Assembly (NCBI RefSeq): GCF_963921235.1
Contig: NC_086108.1
Span: 23,002,001 to 23,066,000, forward strand
Origin: Mobula hypostoma
Lineage: Eukaryota
DNA length: 64,000 nt
Direction: 5' to 3'
Below the pieces are notes generated by a model. It was not told the origin of the DNA and did no database searches. It was given only the letters and a program-made list of their open reading frames with translations. Numbering within the stretch: the first letter of the stretch is position 1; each line of letters opens with the position of its first letter. Shown in pieces: positions 21,954-34,149 of this stretch. A program made the translations under genes and the position numbers.

Positions 21954-23916
21954 AATGGCTCTCCACATGGCTTTAAGCCACCTGGACAACACAAACACCT
22001 ATGTCAGGATGCTGTTCATTGACTATAGCTCAGCATTTAATACCATCATTCCCACAATCCTGATTGAGAAGTTGCAGAACCTGGGCCTTTGTACCTCCCT
22101 CTGCAATTGGATCCTCGATTTCCTAACCCGAAGACCACAGTCTGTGTGGATTGGTGATAACATATCCTCTTCGCTGACGATCAACAGTGGTGCACCTCAG
22201 GGCTGTGTGTTTAGCCCACTGCTCTACTCTCTGTATACACATGACTATGTGGCTAGGCATAGCTCAAATACCATCTATAAATTTGCCGATGATATAGCCA
22301 TTGTTGGTAGAATTTCAGATGGTGACAAGAGGGCATACAGGAGTGAGATATGGCTACTAATGGAGTGGTGTCACAGCAACAGCCTGGCACTCAATGTCAG
22401 TAAGATGAAAAAGCTGTTTGTGGTCTTCGGGAAGGGTAAGACGAAGGAACACATACCAATCCTCATAGAGGGATCAGAAGTGGAGAGAGTGAACAGTTTC
22501 AAGTTCTTGGGTGTCAGGATCACTGAGGATCTAACCTCGTCCCAACATATCGATGCAGTTATAAAGAAGGCAAGACAGCCACTATACTTCATTAGGAGTT
22601 TGAAGAGATTTGACATGTCAACAAATACACTCAAAAACTTCTATAGTTGTGCGGTGGAGAGCATTCTGACAGACTGCATCACTGTCTGGTATGGAGGGGC
22701 TACTGCACAGGACTGAAAGAAGCTGCAGAGGGTTGTAAATTTAGTCAGCTCCATCTTGGGAACTAGCCTACAAAGTACCCAGGACATCTATAGGGAGTGG
22801 TGTCTCAGAAAGGCAGCATCTATTATTAAGGACCTCCAGCACCCAGGGCATGCCCTTTTCTCACTGTTACCATCAGGTAGGAGGTACAGAAGCCTGAAGG
22901 CACACACTCAGCGATTCAGGAACAGCTTCTTCCCCTCTGACATTCGATTCCTAAATGGACATGGAATCTTTGGACACTACCTCACTTTTTTTTTAATATA
23001 CAGTATTTCTGTTTTTGCATGTTTTTTAAACTATTCAATATATGTAATTGATTTACTTGTTTATTTATTATGTTTTATTTTATATATTATTGTTATTATA
23101 TTTTTCTCTCTGCTAGATTATGTATTGCATTGAACTGCTGCTGCTAAGTTAACAAATTTCACGTTACATGCCGGTGATAATAAACCTGATTCTGATTGTG
23201 ATTCTGACTGTCCGATAAAGGAGGTGTTTCCCAAGGAGAAGTGTCAGAAAAAGCATCACTGGCAGGGACACCTACTTGAAGTCCTTGTAAAGCAGTCTCA
23301 TATTGCTTAATTTGATCTCTAAACTCCATACAATGAACTTCAATTTGGTTACACATATCATGTTTTTTTTCAGTGAATCAGCTAATGCAGAAATGTGCTC
23401 TTTGGACATTCTACTATCACTATCATACAGTTTTTGAAGTTTATTGCACGTTTCACTTTTCTTTCCCAACCAATTAGTAAAATTTTAATCGCTGAAACAT
23501 TCGTTCAAACTGACCACGTGGGTCTTATCTTTAACTCACACATCCCAGTATTTGACTTTTCCTCAGCCATTCTCTGGATCTTATCACATGAATGGTGTAT
23601 TTCCCCCAGATTTTTTCATTATTCTTATCAAACTGAGATGCTTTATTCAGGTAAGAGCTTGGTTTGGCCATTGTTTTAATTCAATGTCGTGTAACACTTG
23701 ATTTGTACACACTTTATATCACTTTGATTATGATCAGAAATGTTATTAGATTTTTGCTTTGCAAACTTCTGTCACTAGATCACAGTCCAGATGGTTTTTA
23801 ACACTAGATTACAATTGAAACATTCCTCCAAATTCCACTAGCTTCCAATATCATAGAACACAATATTAAATGGAGTGCCTGGAGAAACCCACACCATCAT
23901 GGGGAGAATGTACAAA

Positions 23917-24135
23917 GGGTGCCATGGTAGTTAGTGGTTAGCACATTATAACCCCAGAGTTCGGAGCTCAATTCCAGGGCCGTTCTCCTGTACATCTTCC
24001 CCGTGGAAAGTGTGGGCATTCTGGTAGATCAATTCACCATTATAAATTGTCCTGTGGTTAGGTTAGAGTTAATTTGTCTTGTCAGGGGTTGCTGGGGTGG
24101 CGTGGGTCTACTCTATGCTGTATCACTAAATTAAT
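23917..24135 (+). mobile_element. V-SINE, degenerate
   Basis: Similar to 16968-17233 (ggtagttagtggttagc...gagttcggag...taaattgtcc). Confidence 0.6.
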
Positions 24136-24291
24136 TACTTATTAATCAATGCCAGTGCTTATCTGTTCTTTTATGGATAAGCTTTTTTTCAAAATGGCAA
24201 AGTAGTGGTTTCCTCACTCCTACACTTCCAACAGTCTGTCTATTGAAGCGATTCTGTCAGACAATTTGGAATTTATTGAGGAAGCTCTTAC

Positions 24292-24479
24292 CTTCTTTTA
24301 CATTTGGGCGCTGACGATTTCCACTTGGTCTGGGATGCTTCTGAGTCTGAGCCCTTAAATCTTTACAGCAATTCTGCTGACTACACCAAATTGTTGGATT
24401 CTGATGTTTTTGATCCAAGGTTTCTCAGAAGTCAAGAAAGAGGCATAACACTTGTTCCTTCCAAGCATTTTATTAAGTG
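24292..24479 (-). other. Exon-like segment, no frame fully open
   Basis: Acceptor ttttctttgctctattAG, donor aag|GTaaga. Confidence 0.3.
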
Positions 24480-24909
24480 CTAATAGAGCAAAGAAAATTG
24501 TAAACGTGGAAGAGAAAGAGGTTAGCAGGGGAAGAACAAGAAGAAGCAAAGAACAAAAAAAAAGATGGTGGGCCTATGTGCTCAGCCCTTCTTATACTAA
24601 AAATAAGAGAAAATCCATTCAAATTTGTCGATAAGAATTAACCAATCAAATAGCCTCTATTCAAACAATGTGATACCAAAGAAGTTTCCAGAATAATACA
24701 AAAAAAAGTACGCACTAGGGGGCACACTGAACAATTGCAGATACATACTGTGACTACTAGGGAACATACTGAACAAATACATGTATATACTATAGGTAGT
24801 TATGTAAAATAAAAGCAGGCATAAATTGGCAAACTGCAAGAAAGTAACAACTATACAATCTAATCCAACAGAGGGATATGGGACAAATGCAGGCATATGG
24901 GATTGGCTT

Positions 24910-24941
24910 GTTTTCTTTCCAATATTTTTTATTGATTTCTG
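24910..24941 (-). mobile_element. 32-bp extreme 3' end of a non-LTR element with 14-bp TSD
   Basis: TSD tatgggattggctt at 24896-24909 and 24942-24955; insert has AATAAA and an A-rich end on the minus strand. Confidence 0.65.
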
Positions 24942-25019
24942 TATGGGATTGGCTTTGAGGGGCAGCTTAGTTGGCATGGATGTGGTGTGCTGAAGGACCT
25001 GACCTGTGCTCTATGACAT

Positions 25020-25720
25020 CTGACATCCAGGTGCAGGAGGCTGTGAGGAAGGCTAATGTTATTAGGAAGGCTTTTATTGCTGGAGGATCTGGGAGCAAGA
25101 ATAAAGATGTCTGCTGGAATCACATAGGTTGCTGGTGGAAAGACTCCAAGAGTATCGTGAACAACGGCACGCCTTAACACGGAGAAAGTCCTTATTCTGT
25201 CAAATTTGAAAGAATCAGGTTCAGTGGAAAATAAAAATTTTTAGAGCGCTCACCAGGGCAGTTGCAGTTCATACTGGCTGAAGAGTCTAGACCTCGGGTT
25301 CCCAAACTTCTTAATGCCATGGGCCTCAACCATTAACCAAGGTGTTGGGTGTCTGTGGACTCCAGGTGGGGAACTCCTGGTCTAGAATCAGGGATCACTG
25401 TCTCAAAATGAGGGAGAAGGCATTTAGGACTGGGGTGAGGAGAAATACCTTCACTGAGAGGGACACATGCAAAATGCTGGAGGAACTCAGCAGGATGTGG
25501 ATCTTTGAAATTCTCTACCCCGTCTGATGGCTGAGTCATCGATCGTGTTCAGTGCAGAGGTGGAAAGAGTTCCGGATGTCAAAGGAATCAAGGGATGAGG
25601 GGACATACTGTAGGGAAATGGTTCTGACATAAGAGATCAGCCGTGATCTTAATGAACAGTGGGGAATGACTTGAGGGATTGAGTGTCTCCTGTGCCTATC
25701 ACTTAATTTCTATGAAAATG
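25020..25720 (+). mobile_element. Old CR1 3' fragment
   Basis: QVQEAVRKANVI..FI; gaggagaaataccttcactgagaggg resembles the CR1 ORF2 end at 3980-4010. Confidence 0.6.
25293..25379. mobile_element. hAT-Charlie-like MITE
   Basis: Imperfect TIRs ctcgggttccc/gggaactcctg; 8-bp TSD gtctagac/gtctagaa. Confidence 0.7.
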
Positions 25721-27170
25721 CCACCACTGTCCAAAAATAGTGTGTGACAAAAATCTCAAGGCTATGTGGTACCAAGATGTGTCAACCACAACCGCATGCC
25801 TGTTCTCTAATCTGCTCTATTGTTTATCTGGTTTCTGATTGACAATACTTCTCAAAAAAAGGCAGGTCCAAAATGCAACAAGCCAGCATGGGCACAATTG
25901 ACAGAAACACAGAACAGTGATAGCACCGCACTGGGCTGTTTCTGGCCTTGTGGCAGGGGGGGATGTCGGGACATTCAAACCTAAGCTGTTAGACTATGTG
26001 CAGTCAACCACGGTAAAGGGAATGGGTTTAGTGAAGTGCATGAACAAAGACCCCCGATGCTCAGCTCTGCAACACAACGGCCAGTGGCTCCCATGACCCT
26101 TCCAGCACCCTACCCTGCAGACTCACTGCAGCCGTAAACTCAGGTGCCCTGGCATGGCTGGTGAGTGAGACGTTGGCCTTTCAACTCGCAGTGACCCGAC
26201 GCCACAAAGTGTCCAGAAACTCAATATCATTAAAAATTTACTGGAAATTTAAATGTGAGGAATTGGCAGCTTTGATTCTGAGGCACACTGTGTCGTGAAA
26301 CACACCAAAAAAAAATTAGCAGAATTCAGCCATGGCACTTGTCTGAGAAAAGGAAGTGAACATACTGGTTTCAAATTAACATGACCTAAAGGGCAACCAC
26401 CAACAATTGGAAAGGAAGCAAACAACAGTTATAAAAAAGTCAGGAATGCATATAGCCCAGCGACAGGAAATTGCCCTTTGAGGAAATTGCCAATCTATTG
26501 GGTGAAACAAAAGCTCACTGAGATGAGGAGCGGAAGAAAGTGCACGGAATTATTTCCTCTTTCCAAAGGTCACAGAGCAGAGCATGTGGCTCTGGAGGCA
26601 AGCTGTAATTGCCAATTCAATCCATTTTGTCACAACGTGCATGGTCGCAAGCCCAATATCCTATCAAAAAAAAACAAAATAAGCAGCTGGCTGTCATTTG
26701 GTTACTGCATTTGTAGTGTGCAACTATGAATCTTTCTGATGCTGCTTTACACTAGTCCTGCTTTTGGTTACTTAGTTTCTCTGATCAATCCACCATTTTC
26801 CAGCATCTGCAGAATTCCTGTTGTTTTTATTTAAAACCCATTGCCTCTCTGAGTCAGTCAGAAGTTCCTTTCCCTACAACTCTGGGAGTGCCGTGATGGT
26901 GAGAGAGTCATGGACTGAGTGAGTGAGAGAGAGAGAGAGGCACTAGGGCAGGAGAGATTCTGGCCCAGACCGGGAGGGAGACATTGACTCCTACAGTAAA
27001 TCTGCATACACATATCTCCTGCACGCCTTCAGCCTTCCAAGGTCTCCTGACCTTGCTAGTCAAAGCAAACATCTGCTCCTTTCTCCCAGCTTTCTGTACC
27101 CTATTGCTGGCTTCAACTGATTGGTCGCCGGCCCTGGAATTTTTCCTTTAAATCTTACTACGTCCTCTAT

Positions 27171-27366
27171 GGCTGCCTGGTGGTGTAGTGACATCAGTAC
27201 TGGACTTGGAGGCAAGTGATCTCAGATCTGAACCTGGCCGGCTCCTTGCACGCTTTCCATCCCTGCTGGGTTGAGCGTCAAGCTAGCAACTCGGCCTCGT
27301 AAAAAACAAAGTCCTAAAGAAACAGCAACGTTGCCACCCAATGTGCCACAAGACACGGAGAGGAAT
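27171..27366 (+). mobile_element. tRNA-headed SINE with RTE-like body
   Basis: A-box-like tggtgtagtg; gggttgagcgtcaagctagcaactcggcctcgtaaaa resembles RTE 5' UTR motifs. Confidence 0.5.
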
Positions 27367-28079
27367 AACTTCCCCTATTAAGACATTCCCTGAATTCCAC
27401 TCCTCTGGCCAGTTAATTGTCCCTCAATCCCAATACCCTCTTGTCCCAACTTCTCTTGGAACTCTGTGAAGTGAGATAGAAATGCAATATTCACATTACA
27501 TAGTATAGATAAAAATATGCTCAACTGTAAATGTGCCTGTATGTAAAGTATGGTTAGAGAGCATAGAGTCATACACAAGGAAGCAGTCTATTCAGCCCCC
27601 CACTGACCAGTGGGCACCCATTATTTATTAATTATATAATTATTATATTAATCCCATCTTCCAGTACTTGGCTCTCAGCTTTCCATGTGCTCATTTGGAC
27701 ACTTCTTAAATGTTGTCAGTGACTCTGCTTCCACCACTCTCTCGGGCATTTCATTTAAATCTTTTCAATAACCTTGTCCTGTATATGTAAATCAATAACT
27801 CTCTGCCTTTAATCCACACACACTGATGATGCTGGTGAAAGATTCTACATAAGGAAGGTATTTATTCTGAAGTTGCTGGACTGTTATACGTCAAACACAT
27901 TAAGCTCCCAGTGTACACCAAACCCTGTGTGTCCTGTGGCTAGTGATCCACCTCCCATCCAATTTCCAGCCCTGGACAGATTAGCTGCACCTTCTTGCCC
28001 AGGAGCTCAATTCTGCCACGGAGTGAAAGCACAGAGAGACAGTAGCACTGAAGACAGTTGTAGGTTGTGAAATTGCTGA

Positions 28080-28600
28080 CCAATAATCAAGGTCCTTTCC
28101 CCTTACTATTCCTCCAGCTATTCCTCAGCCCCTCACCTTATACCCCTTATACTCACCCCCACCATCCCTCTCTGCCTCCAATGTACCCTAAAACTCACTA
28201 TCCACTCCTCTCCCCTCCCTCCCACTCCCCATCACTTTCCTTATCCCCCTCATTCTATCACTGACACTGTTTCAATCTGCCTCCATCTTTATCCCAATCC
28301 ACCCTCTCCAGCACACTATCTATGCTTCTCCTTTCTTATCCTTTCCCTCTCCTCCCTCCCCCATCCCTCTCCCACCTTGTCCCATTCCATATCCCACTCC
28401 CTGCCTTGCTCCATACCTGCCTTCCTCTCCCCTATCTGCCCTGATCTACCCCGCATTCTCACCCCTCCTCCCCACTCCTCCTCCCCCAACTCTCCTTTAT
28501 CTCTGATGTTCCCCCCACAATCCCCATCCCACTCTCTCTTTTTATATCTGGGTACACCTGTACAGCCCCCACTACACACACACACACACACACACACACA
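28080..28600. repeat. Pyrimidine-rich low-complexity tract and (CA)n microsatellite
   Basis: Directly visible; (CA)n at about 28574-28600. Confidence 0.85.
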
Positions 28601-28872
28601 GGAAGTGTTCAGTTTGCTGACACTCAAAGTGAAGAGACTTGAGTGGGACAGTGCCTTGCAGAAACATAACCAATGCTGCAGTGATTTTTTTCCTGCACTG
28701 AGGCTGTAGTTCCCCACTGCACTGCTCCCTGCTGCCCTGCCTGTGCCAACACTCTGGAACCCACGGGGTGCGTTTCTCAGAGTTTACTGAAGCTCACTGC
28801 TGCCCCCCTGTGGCTGCTCCACCTCACTTCATCCAAAGCTTCACATGGCCAGTCACTGTCGCTCGTTCATAC

Positions 28873-28923
28873 CGGATTCAAATCAGTTCAATCAATTCCT
28901 CTTGTTGAAATACTTTAAGTGCC
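28873..28923 (-). other. Candidate 51-bp exon with an in-frame TGA
   Basis: Acceptor ctgttgtttAG, donor ccg|GTatga; reads ALKVFQQEELIELI*IR. Confidence 0.3.
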
Positions 28924-30317
28924 CTAAACAACAGGCCAGTGTCAGGTATTAAATAACTCCCTACAATTAAACATTGATGATTGGATTTAGAAGTTTTCAG
29001 TGTTATGTCTGTATTGATATTTTGTAGCAATAACATCAGGGATAAAGTAAACAGAAACATATTGATACATAGATTGGATTGTCTGCTCCAAGACTTTATC
29101 TAATTATAGTTGTTAGCAAGGCCAACCTTTAATGCTAATCTGAAACATTAACAGAAACTGCTGAAGAGGTCAAGCTGCATTGCAGGAATAGAAATAGTCA
29201 ACATCTCTGGTCAAAGACCCCTCCTCAGAGCTGGGGAGGAGATGTAACGCTCTCATTAAGCTGCAGGGAGGGGGCAGAGAAGGGATGCCTCTGATAGGGT
29301 GAAACCAGGCTGATCATGGGAATTGGCTGTAGACAAGATTATCTGGTCAAGGGGTGAATGGGAGCAGTTAGATAGGAAGGGAAGGCCATAGACAAGAGAA
29401 TGTGGGAGCTGTGAAATGCAGAGCAGGGGAACATACCTGACAAGTCAAACTTGTTATATTTTTCTCTCCTTCCTTTTTACCTCTCTGCCGACAAAAGCAT
29501 TGAAGTTACTGGCCATTCAACTTATCGGTTCCCAGTGGTCCCATTCCCCCCCCCCCACACACATACATAGACTTGTAACTGACTCTCTCATTAACGTCCC
29601 TTTGCTACTTACCTTCACAGCAACAAGTTAACCTCCCAAACCATACTCTTCGGGATGTAGAAGGAACCTGGGGCACCACCCAGCAGTCACACAGAGAATA
29701 GCATGTAGATTATTTAATATACAAACTTACAAACAAGAGATGACCCCTTTGCCTTTGGGAAGGTGGTAATTTTTGTAAAATGCATGTGCGCGTGTGTGGG
29801 TGTTATTGTGGATGTGCGCTTGTGCGCACATACAAATACAGACAATCAGTCTATGAACAGTGGCGTATCTAAGGTATGGCAGGTATGCCACGTGCCCTGG
29901 GCGCCACTTGAAGGCGGGGGGGGGGTGCCACTGAGCAGTTTCTATTAAAGTCAGACAAGCCGTCCTCGGATAGTGAAAAAAGAATTTTCTTCAGATGCAT
30001 GATCTGTCTTTGATTATCATGGGTGAGAAGCGCTAGGATGGCCTTATTTCAGAGCATTGTGTAAGACCACCATGAAATGTTTCTTCACGAAGAAGAAGGA
30101 AAGTGGAGCTGAAGGACGGAAGAGACGAAAGTTGGATGCGGAGGAAGCCAAGAAGTTGAGCAAGATTTTCATGCCCTTCTTTGAAAAGCCTGGAACAAGT
30201 AGTTCGACACGTTCCATGGAGTCGCCTGCACCTGCTACAAGTTTGTTAGAATCCAAAGGTGGATCAAGTACAAATGCGTCACCAGCCAAGGAGGAAGTCA
30301 AGTCAGATAGATCCGAG

Positions 30318-30624
30318 CAACACACATAAAAATTGCTAGTGAACGCAGCAGGCCAGGCAGCATCTATAGGAAGAGGTACAGCCGACGTTTCAGGCCGAGA
30401 ACCCTTCGTCAGGACTAACTGAAAGAAGAGATAATAAGAGATTTGAAAGTGGGGGGGAGGGGGAAGAGGAGATCTGAAATGATAGAAGACAGGAGGGGAA
30501 GGGATGGAGCTAAGAGCTGGAAAGTTGATTGGCAAAAGGGGATATGAGAGGATCATGGGACGGGAGGCCTAGGGAAGCGCAGAGGATGGGCAAGGAGTAT
30601 AGTGAGAGGGACAGGGGGAGAAAA

Positions 30625-30689
<65 letters not shown>

Positions 30690-30878
30690 AATAAATAAAT
30701 AAATAAAATAAATAACGGTTGGGGTACGAAGGGGCGGAGGGGCATTAACGAAAGTTAGAGAAGTCAATGTTCTCACCATCAGGTTGGAGGCTACCCAGAC
30801 AGAATATAAGTCCATTCACCAGCAATTTTTATGTGTGTTGCTTGAAATTCCAGTATCTGCAGATTTCCTCGTGTTTGC
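30318..30878. mobile_element. PLE insertion with inverted arms inside the transposase
   Basis: 16-bp TSD gtcagata(g/a)atccgag at 30302-30317 and 30879-30894; long minus pLTR with hammerhead 30380-30416 and (GA)n; short plus arm 30815-30840 and 38-bp tail. Confidence 0.88.
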
Positions 30879-31646
30879 GTCAGATAAATCCGAGTATGAT
30901 GAGATTAAGAGTGAGGCTGCCACAGAGAACGTGGACATGACAGGAGGGGAAGACGATGGTGGTGGGGGTGATGTTGAGTTTATTAATGACGTTGAACCTG
31001 ATGACACTGAACCTAGTGAACTGGATGGTGTCAAAGAGCCTGGAACTGTCATACCAGAAGTAATTGAACAGCATGACATTGGACTTCTGAAGTTCGACAA
31101 GGATACTGGAAAAGCAATTCTGCCTGACGAGTTGAGAACAGAAATAATAAAGCTGGATTCGAAGTATTTCCAGAACAGTGAGGGGCCTTTCCTACCAACA
31201 AATAACCGCTCAATGAACAAAACTTGGTTCAAGAGGAAATTGGGAAATGGTCGTGGTGAGGAAGTGACTCGCTCAGGGCTGGTCTATTCGCCTTCTAAAA
31301 AGTCTGCATTTTGTATCTGTTGTCTTCTCTATTCCCGGTCAGACCATCAATCCTCATTGGAGCAGGAAAGTGGATTCAACCTGTGGAAAGCACCTGAAAG
31401 GATTAGTGTTCATGAGAATGCCAAGAATCATCGGGAATGCTTCACACAGTGGAAAGAAATGGAAAGAAATTTAGCTGGAGTTATTAACACCATATTTCAG
31501 TCACAGATTGAGAAGGAAAAGCAGAAGTGGTGTGATATCTTGATGAGAATCCTTTACTGCATAAAATTCCTTGCGACTCAGAACGTGGTTTTGCGAGGAC
31601 ACAGGGAGTCACTTCAGCTAGACGATGACTCCAATGTGAGAAATTT

Positions 31647-32280
31647 TTTTTCAGATTATGAGGACATGCAGTCCTCTTTTATTGTCATTTAGTAATGCAT
31701 GCATTAAGAAATGATAAAATGTTTTTTCAGAATGATGTCACAGAAACACATGACAAACCAACTTAAAAACTGACCAAACCACATAATTATAACATATAGT
31801 TACAACAGTGCAAAGCAACAGGATTATTTGTTAAGAACAGACCATGGGCATGGTAAAAGTCTCAAAGTCTCTTGGAAGTCCCATCACCTCACGCAGACAG
31901 TGAACCTCCAGCGCCGCAAACTTTCTGATGCAGCATCCTGGAAGCATCCGACCACAGTCCGACTCCGAGTCCGTCCGAAAACTCCGAGCCTCCGACCAGC
32001 TCTTTGACACTGAGCACCGAGCACCATCTCCGCCGAGCGCTTCGACCCCAGCCCCGGCAACAGGCAATAGGCAAAGCCGAGGATTTGGGGCCTTCCTCTC
32101 TGGAGATTCTCGATCGCACAGTAGCAGCGGCAGCAAAGTGGGCATTTCAGACGTTTCTCCAGGTGTTCCTCCGTGCTTCTCATGGCTGTCTCCATCAAAT
32201 CAGGATTGTGCGCGGCCCCCTAGTTAACACATAATTGATATCATTCGGAATGGTCACGCGTGCTGCATCGCTATACCATC
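31647..32280 (-). mobile_element. Non-coding non-LTR (SINE-like) element, same family as 40990-41662
   Basis: TSD aaattt; shares agattatgag...gtcctcttttattgtcatttag and gcaaagccgaggattt...cacagtagcagcggcagc with the 41-kb copy. Confidence 0.75.
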
Positions 32281-34149
32281 AAATTTCCTTGGCTTACTGA
32301 AATTACTGGCCATCTTTGACCCTGTCATAAAAGATCACCTCCCTTATTTGGAAAGTCATCCTGCATCCACGCCTTATCTTTCACCGGGTGTCCAGAACGA
32401 ATTCATCCACATGATGGCATCCACTGTTCACCAGAGTTTACTGAGAAGCATTCGTAAAGCCAAGTACTATGGTCTCATGTTCGACTCAACTCCTGATCAG
32501 GCACACCGTGAGCAGATGTCAGAAGTAGTGAGGTATGTGGAAGTTGATTTTGAGGAAAACAGTCCGTGTTAGAGAGTCCTTCCTTGGTTTTATACAGGTA
32601 AGCCAGAAGGATGCTGAGAGCTTGGTTGAAGACATCTTGAAACAGCTGGAGAAAGACGAAATAGAGCTACAAGATTGTTGGTCATAGTGCTATGACAACA
32701 CTGCTGTGATGGCTGGACACAGAAGTGGTGTTCATCAAAGAATAAGTGAGAAAAACAACCTGGCAGTGTTTGTGAATTGCTACAGTCACTCACTCAACTT
32801 GGTGGGTGTTCATGCAGCCAAGCAGGATACAACAATGGTCACGTTTTTTGGAACCATCGAAGCTCTCTACGTGTTTTTCTCTTGTTCAACACAGTGCTGG
32901 GAAGAACTCAAAAACGCCGTGCCTGTGGTTGTCAAGTCGGAGTCCAAAACCAGGTGGAGTGCAAGGACAGAAGCAGTGAAGCCCGTCAACAAGTACCTTG
33001 AGGAGATACTTCAAGTTCTCCAGGACATGATAAACAATGAAAACGACATTAGTAAAACAAGAAATGACACAAGGCAGCTGTACAACTGCATGTTGAGTTA
33101 TGATTTTCTGATTTTGCTAGGATTTTGGAACAAAGTACTCATTCGCATTGACCGTATTCAAAAGAGGCTGCAAGATGCTAGCATGAACTTCCATGATGCT
33201 GCCCTGGATTTGAAAGCCCTCCGAGATCATTTTTATGATGAAAGAGAAGTGTTGGTCAGTGAGTCACTCAAAGAAGGAGTTAGTCTCTGTCAAGAATGGA
33301 ATATTGAAGTTGAAAGATGTCAGAGACGAAAGAAACGAATGGCTGATGAGAACTCGAGACACACTGGGTTAACAGCTAAGGAGGAAATGGAAAGAGTCAT
33401 GAAGGGAACACTCGACCATCTTCACAGAGAAATGGATGAAAGGTTTGCTCGTTTGCATGACACTGACGCCAAGTTTGGGTTCCTTCTCGATGTCGAGGGA
33501 CTGTGTTATGGCGCCAACAGTAACGACCTAAAGAAGAAGTCCGAAAATTTGGGCGAATTGTACAGCTCTGATATTGGTGGACAGCAGCTATATGAAGAAA
33601 TTTTGGATTGCAGAATGTTGCTATCAAGGCGGGGCAACATGAAAATATCAAGACCTGAAGAGCTTCTTGAATTTATTGTTCAGTGTGGAGATGAGAGTGT
33701 CTTCCCCAATCTTCGCATTGCTATTCAGATAATACTAACCATCGCCCTTTCCATTGCCAGCTGTGAGAGATCATTAAGCAAGTTAAAGCTAATACTTTCA
33801 TATTTGATAGCCTCCATGGGTCAAGGCAGACTTTGTGATCTTGCTCTGCCGAGTGTAGAAAGAGAAGAAACTGAAAAAACTGTCTTTGATCACATCATAG
33901 ATCAATTTGCATCAGTGAAAGCAAGGAAGGTGCAGTTATAATTTTCATGTAGTGCCACAATTTGTTAATTAAATGATTAACGAGCTTGACTTGTATTTTT
34001 GAGCTGGTATTAAGGTAAAGTTATCTAAAAGTTGGGTGTCAGATGATTGGACAGGTACACAATTTCAGTGCTTGCCATAGGCGCTATTTTCCGTAGATAA
34101 GCCCCTGTCTATGAATCTCAGGTAAACTGACCAAACATTTCTACCCAGG

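Larger units (their letters stand above)
20610..23205 (+). mobile_element. Rex1/Babar LINE, 5'-truncated
   Basis: [62 protein letters not shown]; (tgattc)n tail; TSD gactgtcc at 20600-20607 and 23206-23213. Confidence 0.92.
20150..23850 (-). pseudogene. Decayed large coding-like exon split by a LINE
   Basis: ...KEHISALADSLKK/HDMCNQIEVHCMEFRDQIKQYETALQGLQVGVPASDAFSDTSPWETPPLSD continues across the LINE TSD as SPQGQHQHLNSKELQDGHGVESTAPSIDSNKDDSDETIGLTATIYHSFLQ*; outer limits approximate. Confidence 0.4.
30072..33941 (+). pseudogene. hAT transposase with two insertions and frameshifts
   Basis: TTF-type zinc finger LVYS..KKSAFCICC, LRGHRE, MFDSTPD, CYSHSLNL, TRWSAR, ASCERSLSKLKLI. Confidence 0.92.
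29858..34107 (+). mobile_element. hAT (Tip100/ZMYM1-like) DNA transposon, full length, interrupted
   Basis: 14-bp TIRs cagtggcgtatcta / tagataagcccctg (2 mismatches); perfect 8-bp TSD tctatgaa at 29850-29857 and 34108-34115. Confidence 0.93.

Noticed and set aside
27235..27305. HDV-like ribozyme in the RTE-like SINE
   Set aside because: Partial P2/P4-like pairings exist but I could not build a full P1/P3 double pseudoknot by eye; needs an RNArobo or Infernal search
28873..28923. Calpain exon (LIRIR motif)
   Set aside because: Requires reverting a stop, NPWG does not follow, and no other calpain exons were seen
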